NCBI GenBank assembly: GCA_043228905.1
Contig: JBHGNT010000020.1
Span: 9,114,001-9,178,000 of the forward strand
Length of the DNA stretch: 64,000 nucleotides
Direction: 5' to 3'
From: Azolla caroliniana
Taxonomy: Eukaryota; Plantae; Polypodiophyta
Shown here: positions 57,334 to 64,000 of the stretch, one piece after another
Numbering within the stretch: the stretch's first letter is position 1
Layout of the letters: the number at the start of each line of letters is the position of its first letter
Made by a program: the position numbers and the translations under genes
The notes under the pieces: generated by a model
Told to the model about the DNA's origin: nothing
Databases searched by the model: none
What the model saw: the letters and a program-made list of their open reading frames with translations, nothing else

Positions 57334-60300
57334 CGTATTCTGCCATTTTTGACTTGCCTTTGTCCATCTTCGGGCTAGGCCGTGATGTGCTTTGATCGCT
57401 CAAAGGCTCTTGTGGTCCGCTCAGTCGGGTTGTGATCAGACTTTCTTTGAACATACGCGTAAGGCGTTCTTGTTCGGTGGATTCTGGCGCGAGCGGAGTC
57501 GGAGTCGAAGTTGTCTCTGGTGCGTACCAGGATGCGGACTCGTCAAAAATGACGTCTTGACTTACTCGAGATTTTCGAGTTGAGGGGTTGTAGCACTTGT
57601 ACCCCTTTTGCTCCAGTGAGTATCCTACGAGGATACATTTCTCCGACTTCGGGTTGAGCTTTTGATGCTTCTCGTCGGGGATGTGCACGTACGCAATGGA
57701 GCCGAATATCCGAACATGTGATAGGTTCGGCTTCTTTCCGAAGAATCTTTCGTGCGGAGTGACCTCGTGCACGCCGGATGTTGTGCACCGGTTCATTAGG
57801 TAGACGACCGTATTTGCAGCTTCGGCCCAATAAGACTTAGGCATATGCTTCTCATTCATCATTGCCCGCGCTACTTCGAGGATGTGCCGATTTTTGCGCT
57901 CGGCTACCCCGTTTTGTTGCGGAGTGTGTCAGCAAGTGAATTCTCGCCGAATTCCTTCCTTTCGGAGATACGCCATGAAATCGTCCGAGAAGTACTCCTT
58001 GCTGTAATCCGATCGAAGACAATGTACATGTCGGCCCGTGGCTTTCTCAACTTCATTCTTGAATTTTTGGAAGTGTCCGAACACTTCGCTCTTTTGTCGC
58101 ATCGGATAGATCCAAGTGTGCCTAGAAAAGTCGTCGATGAAGAGCACGTGATATCGGCATCTGCCGAATGTTGCCGTTTGAGCCGAACCCCATACATCGG
58201 AATGAATTACGTCGAGTACGCCTTTGCTCACGTTCCACTCCTTCGGAAATGGGTGTCGGTGTTGCTTGCCGAATTGTCACGCTTCGCATACACCTTCAAT
58301 CTCCTTCTCTTTGAATGTCGGGAGTCCGATGATGACTCCTTTCGATTTCATTACTTTGAGTTTGTTGAGATTGATGTGGCCGATTCGCTTATGCCATAAC
58401 TCTATGTTGGAGTTGGCTTTCGTGCTTTTCGGGAACATGGCGGATTTCATCTCGTGCGAATCGAGAATGAACATCCAACCCTCTCTTCTTCCGCGTGCGA
58501 TGATTTGGCCTTCTTTTTCGATGAAACACCCTTCTTGGTCGAATCGTACTTGCATCCCTTGCTCAACCATTTGGCCGACTGAGACCAAATTCTTCGTGAT
58601 GGTGGGAACATGCAAGACATTTTTAATGTATGTTTGCTTACCTCTTTCGCCGAACGGAACATTGCTGATGTGCCGAATCAGGTGCGTAGTGTCATCTCCG
58701 GTTTTGACATAACAGGGTCGCTCCGGCTCTCGAAGTTCGAGAAACCATTCTTTATGGGATGTCATATGATTTGAGGCTCCGGAGTCAACAAACCATACGT
58801 CCTCCGGATTGAAGGCACTAGTTGAGGTAGAGGCTGACATAGAGTTTGCTCTATGTTTCATCATGAACATTCCGCCACGGTCGGAGTTGTACACGTACAT
58901 TCCGCTATACTCTTCGTAGTCGGAATTGTGTGCGTAATTCGTGAGTTGTCGGCTTGTGGAAGCCAATTCACGCATCTTCTTTTGGCACTCTTCTTCGTGG
59001 TGGCCGAGCTTTCCGCAATATCCGCATTCGGTTGCGTTTTGACGGCTCGGGTCGGAGTGGAAGCTCCCCCTTCTTGCGAAGGTTCCTCGTTGGCCTCCGT
59101 TTTGTGGCCGAAATTGGGAGTTGTTGTCGTAGGTCGGACCTCGTCCGCCTTGTCCTTGGCCGAATCGGCCTCTCGCTCGTCTGTGTCCTCTTCCTCCATT
59201 AGAGTGCGTGTAGAGCATGTGGCCTTCCGACTCATTGCTCCTTATACGCACGTGGTTTTCTTCGACCAATAGCATTGATTGGAGCTTGAAGAAGGAGGGA
59301 GATTTCTCTCGTGCTAGAACGACGGTTCACATTACGCCGAACCGTGGTGCGAGGCCGCCGAGGCATATTTTCACCATCTCATCATCATCTATACTTACGC
59401 TTATTGAGCCGAGCGAGTCGCAAAGCTCCTTGATCTTCAAGGTGTATGTCGTGATGGACATGTCCCTTTGTTGAATGTTGTTCAACTCTTGGCGGAGTTA
59501 AAGCTTCCTCGCGGTCGTGTTGGCGGCGAAAATCTTTCGTAGATTTTCCCACGCTTCCTTCGGCGTCTTGGCTTCTCGAATGTAACCGAGCATGTGATCG
59601 TGAACACATGTCACCAAACAATACATCACGCGGCTTGTGGCTTGCTCCCATGTCGCGTATCCGAGAGCCGCTTCGGCGGGTCAGTCTTCATGCGCTCCTT
59701 TGATGTAGCTCCAATAGCCTTGTCCGACAAGGTATTGGTGCATCTTGTACTCCCAAGATGCGAAGTTGTTTCGATCCAACTTCTCGATAGGGAGAGCGCT
59801 CCCCATTTGAGTATTCATTATGTCGATTCTTCTTTTTCTTCTTCTCTCTTCGAATGCGAGATATGTAGCGAAGCTACGATAGCGATGAGCTGGTTCTTGG
59901 TCGTCCACGTGGAGCACAACACATGATCACGATGAGGCGAATGGGCTAGATCGAGCTACCAAATCGCTCTGATACCATGTAAAGAATCAAGAGATGGATT
60001 CTTGTGAAGCGGAATAGGTGTGAACTGTGTGTGTGTGTGTATGAGATAGATAGATAGATAGAGAGAGACACAGAGTATACGCAAGGTTAAGTATATTAAC
60101 AAAGGAGAAAGACTCAACACTATACAAGGTGGGAGGAGGGTGCTTTATGTAGTCACCCTCTCTCTTCATTAACTACAAGGCTCATGGAGCATGGGGAATG
60201 TGAAAGCTCATAAGTTATGTGTCATAGAATATGATTCTATGACTCATACTAAATGCTAGAATACAAAGAGGTGACTTAATGGTGACTCTTGACCGTTGGA

Positions 60301-63300
60301 GTGTCTATTCACTCTCAAGGTGAGTTCACACACTAGACCAAGTTGAGCTTGATTCTCAACAATTATATTATATGAAGAGTAAGTACAAGAATAGCTATGA
60401 GGCTTTAGACTGACGTTGAACCGATTTGGTTTGAATAATGCCTTGTACCTCCTTTTATAGTGTTTTCAGGAGTACTCCTGAAGTTTCTAGAATGTTCGAG
60501 AGAAATCTAGAAATATACATCGATTTTCTATAGTGAAATAATAAATGAAAATAATATTCTTCGTATTACAATATATAATCTAATGGCAAGGGATCGATCC
60601 ATGTAACATAAGGTCATGGGTTCGAATCTTGCCATATCATGACACTATCCTTCCTTTAAAACGACGAGTGTTACGAGTCGTTTTGGATTGAGGACCTGAT
60701 TTGTCTAGATATTGACGATGGAAGTCTTCAAGAAGAGCACGAGCATTGGTCACATTCGCTATTGGTTCCCAAGTACGCTTGCTAGGGCTATATCCTAGCC
60801 AATCGACCAAATAGTAGAGGTTGCTGCGAACAATCTTGGAATCAAGGATGGCGGCAACCTTGTACTCAGGTCCATCTTCAAGTTCAATCGGAGGTGGAGG
60901 TGGTTTGATACGACCTGGGATAGTGTTGTCCAGATAGGGTTCTAGAAGAGAACTATGAAATACCGGATGTATCCGTAGTTGCGGAGGTAGATCGAGACGA
61001 AAAGCGACATCATTAATTTTTTCGATAATACGGAAAGGACCCAATCGCCGATAATCCAATTTATCGCATGGACAAGTAGTCTTGATGTGTCGTCGTAATA
61101 GCCATACCCAATCTCCAATGGTATAATTGGATGGAAGTTGATGACGATTCGCATAATCCTTGTGTGTTTGTTGAGCTTGTTGTAAATGAGTAGATAAATC
61201 CGCCTGTATCTTGCGTAATTGCTCCAAACGATCCTCTACACAAGGATTTGTGGGTAATTCCGGAGTTTTGAATACACACCACCGGGGATGATAGCTTGTA
61301 TAAGCATAAAATGATGTAACCTTAGTCGATGAGTGGACAGAGTTATTATACGCAAATTCGGCGAAGTGAAGAAGATCTGCCCAATCATCTTGGTTATAGC
61401 TTAGAAAACACCAAAGATACAATTCCAATGTTTGATTTGTTCATTCTGCTTGTCCGTCTATTTGCGGTTGGTAGCCGGAGGAGAGATTACAAGTGACCTT
61501 GAGCATTTTGAAGAGGGGCTTCCAGAATTTCGAGACGAACTGGGGTCCACGGTCACTGATGATACTATTGGGGAGGCCATGATGCCGACATACCTCACGC
61601 ATGACAATTTCAGCGGTTTCTTCACTAAGGATTTCCTTAGTACATGGCAGGAAATGGGCCATCTTTGTATATCGATCTACTATTGTTAAGATCGCATCGA
61701 ATCCCTTAGAAACTAGAAGATCTGTGATGAAATATAGAACAATGGATTGCCACGTCTTGCTTGGAATTGGTAATGGTTCCAATAAACCATATGGATGATG
61801 TCTTGGCATCTTTGCTCTACAACATGTATCACATGTCTGAACATAATCTTAGAGAAATCGTCGCATATGGGGCCACCAAAATGATCGTTGTACTAAATCT
61901 AACGTTTTAGTACTACCAAAATGCCTAGCTGTATATGTGTCATGACAATTTTGGACTACTTGAAGGTGACAAGAACCATTAGGAACATACAAGAGCTTCG
62001 TAAAGAATAGTAATCCATCATGACATTCGAATTGTCGATAATTCGTACTTGGTTGTTGGGACTATGAACAAGATGCTCGAGAGGGATCAATTTGTGATAG
62101 AATAGCTTGAGCGAAAGCATCTGTCTTCAAGTCCTCATGTATGGTATGGATAATGTGGGAATCCAATGGCATATCGAAAACCCGCGTTGCTTGCAGTCGT
62201 GTTGGTCCCAAGATTACTTGTTTTTGGTTATCGAATGCTAGCTCACCGGGATGCGGTGCTAGATACGAATGCCGCGATAACACATTTGCCTTCCCTTGCT
62301 TCTTCCCAGGACGATATGTAATTTTGAAGTCGAAATAAGTGTAGATTTGGGCCCACAGAGCTTGACGTCGATTTAATACACGAGCATTCTGGAAGTAGGC
62401 AAGATTTTTGTGATCGCTAAATACGGTGACTTGATGAGAAGATCCCTCCATTAGGTAAAAGAGTCCACTATTGCTAATAGCTCTTTATCTTGAATTTCAT
62501 AGTTGATTTCGGCAACGTCAAGCTTGCATGAGTGGAAAGCCACAAGATGTAGCTTTTCATCATCGCCTTGTTGTGAAAGAATGCTACCCAAGGCGAAATC
62601 CGGCGCGTCTGCCTCAATGATGAAAGGTTTTGCTGGATCAACATGAGCTAGAATAGGAGCTAATGTGAATGCCTTCTTAAGAATCTCAAAAGCCATGTCC
62701 ACTTCTTTAGAACAAACAAACGACTGCCCCTTCTTGGTGAGGTGTGTGAGAGGTAGAATAAGCTTTGAGTAATCCTGGATAAACTTGCGGTAAAAATTGG
62801 CAAAGCCTAAAAAGCATTGCACATCTCGCAACGAACGTGGAGTCTGCCACTCTATCACAACTTTGACCTTAGCTGGATCCATAGAGATGCTTTCCGAGGA
62901 GATGACATAGCCTAGAAATTACACCTGGTTGCACTCGAAATTACATTTTTTTAGTTTTGCATAAAGTCCATGTTCTCGAAGCCGTTTTAGTACTAACAGT
63001 ACATTAGAATCATGCTCTTCTTGGGTCTTCGAATAAACCAGTAGATCATCTAAATAGATGATCAAACAAACATCCAAGAGATCTCAGGATATATCACTTG
63101 CCATGTGCTGGAAGACTGCTGGTGCATTAGTGAGACCGAAGGCATGACCGTATACTCGATGTGCCCATATTTGGTGCGAAACGCGGTCTTCCATTCATCT
63201 CCTGGTCGGATCCGTATGAGGCTATATGCTCCTCGTAAGTCGATCTTTGTGAAGAACCTTGCACCATTGATCCGTTCTAAAAGACTTGAGATAAGGGGGA

Positions 63301-63591
63301 GTGCATACCTATTCCTGATGATGCCCTTATTCAAGCCACGGTAAGCTACGATGAGACGAAGTGATCCATCCTTTTTCTTGACAAAGAAAATGGGTGCGCC
63401 GGCTGGAGATTTCAAATTTCGAATAAAACCATTTGCCAAATTGTCATCTATATAGGCTCGAAGGACTTCTAGCTCAGTTGGTGACGAGTTGTAGATCGGG
63501 CCCCATGGTGGCTCTTTTCCCGGTTGTAAATCAATGGGGCAATCATACGGTCGGTGGTGAGGAAGCTTATTGGCTTGTACCTTATTGAAAA

Positions 63592-64000
63592 TGTTACCCG
63601 TATAGGTGTACGAGAGGGTTAGGTATAATGTGGAAGGTGGTGTGTAAGGTGTAGTATGAAATGTGAATGTGTGAGTGTTAGGTGAGGTAAGTAGGTGTAA
63701 CTAACCCACTTGGCTTTTTATGTACTAATCTTGTACTATTTAAACCCCACTCGTAGGGCATGGAAAAAGAAGGAGAAATATAGTGAAGTTACCCTCAAAC
63801 CGTGTTTGTTTCAAATCTCTCTCCCTCTCTCATTAATTCTCTTTGTGCATCTCACTCTCCCTCTCCCTCACATTCAAAATCCCTTGGGAGGGGGGTGGAG
63901 CTGATCTTGGCTCCACCCCCCACCCATAAACACATGAAATGCCCTACGGCCTAACCCCCCTTGAGAAGAAGTCTCTCTCTTTCTCCCTCTCCATCACTAA
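63592..64000. mobile_element. Probable further insertion (LTR-like) interrupting chromovirus C pol
   Basis: pol similarity stops abruptly at 63591 and non-coding sequence starting TGTTAC follows; the other end lies outside the window. Confidence 0.5.

Larger units (their letters stand above)
49290..60361 (-). mobile_element. Full-length degenerate Ty1/copia element D (related to B), carrying nested element E
   Basis: LTRs 49290-49703 and 59978-60361; TSD ATTAT; PBS TGGTATCAGAGC (59966-77); PPT TTGAGGGGGCG (49704-14); gag, protease 'WFVDSGASNHM', integrase, RT and RNase H fragments. Confidence 0.95.
49139..63591 (-). mobile_element. Degenerate Ty3/gypsy chromovirus C; 3' LTR (49139-49289 plus 60362-60644) split by copia D; 5' part not in the window
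   Basis: pol fragments 60637-63590: RT '[16 protein letters not shown]', RNase H, integrase 'SDRGPQF', chromodomain 'EYKVAAILDS..YYLVDWLGY..TWEP'; PPT complement next to 60644; LTR ends TGTCA/TGACA. Confidence 0.85.

Noticed and set aside
60569-60640. Functional tRNA gene
   Set aside because: Anticodon arm does not pair, acceptor stem only 4/7, and it lies within an LTR; kept only as a tRNA-like module.

Overview
Repeat-rich nuclear DNA from a land plant, probably a fern (inferred from the long intronless P-L-S PPR arrays and Tcn1-like chromoviruses). It holds four host genes: two PLS-class PPR genes (6403-9339 and 21743-25093, both minus strand), a spliced 40S ribosomal protein eS7/RPS7 gene (28060-30976) and a spliced tonoplast sugar transporter-like gene (35678-40174). 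The rest is mostly LTR retrotransposons and decayed LINEs, with multi-level nesting from 46.7 to 64 kb. The main feature is an intact, young gypsy chromovirus (13685-18974; CCGAC target-site duplication [TSD]; LTRs differ at 2 of 353 bp). It has (i) a Tf1-type 11-nt self-priming site instead of a tRNA primer-binding site (PBS), plus an LTR hairpin that could mask the 3' copy of the primer, (ii) a PEG10-like -1 frameshift cassette, and (iii) an antisense tRNA-like A/B-box at the LTR edge, also seen in a second chromovirus. Other observations: fossil DYW deaminase tails behind both PPR genes, a tRNA-Trp-primed gypsy lineage with 4-bp ACG(T/C) target sites, a required GC-AG intron and altered sugar-binding motifs in the transporter, a 104/98-bp higher-order repeat and a fold-back element. 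All coordinates and alignments were read by eye; no searches were run.
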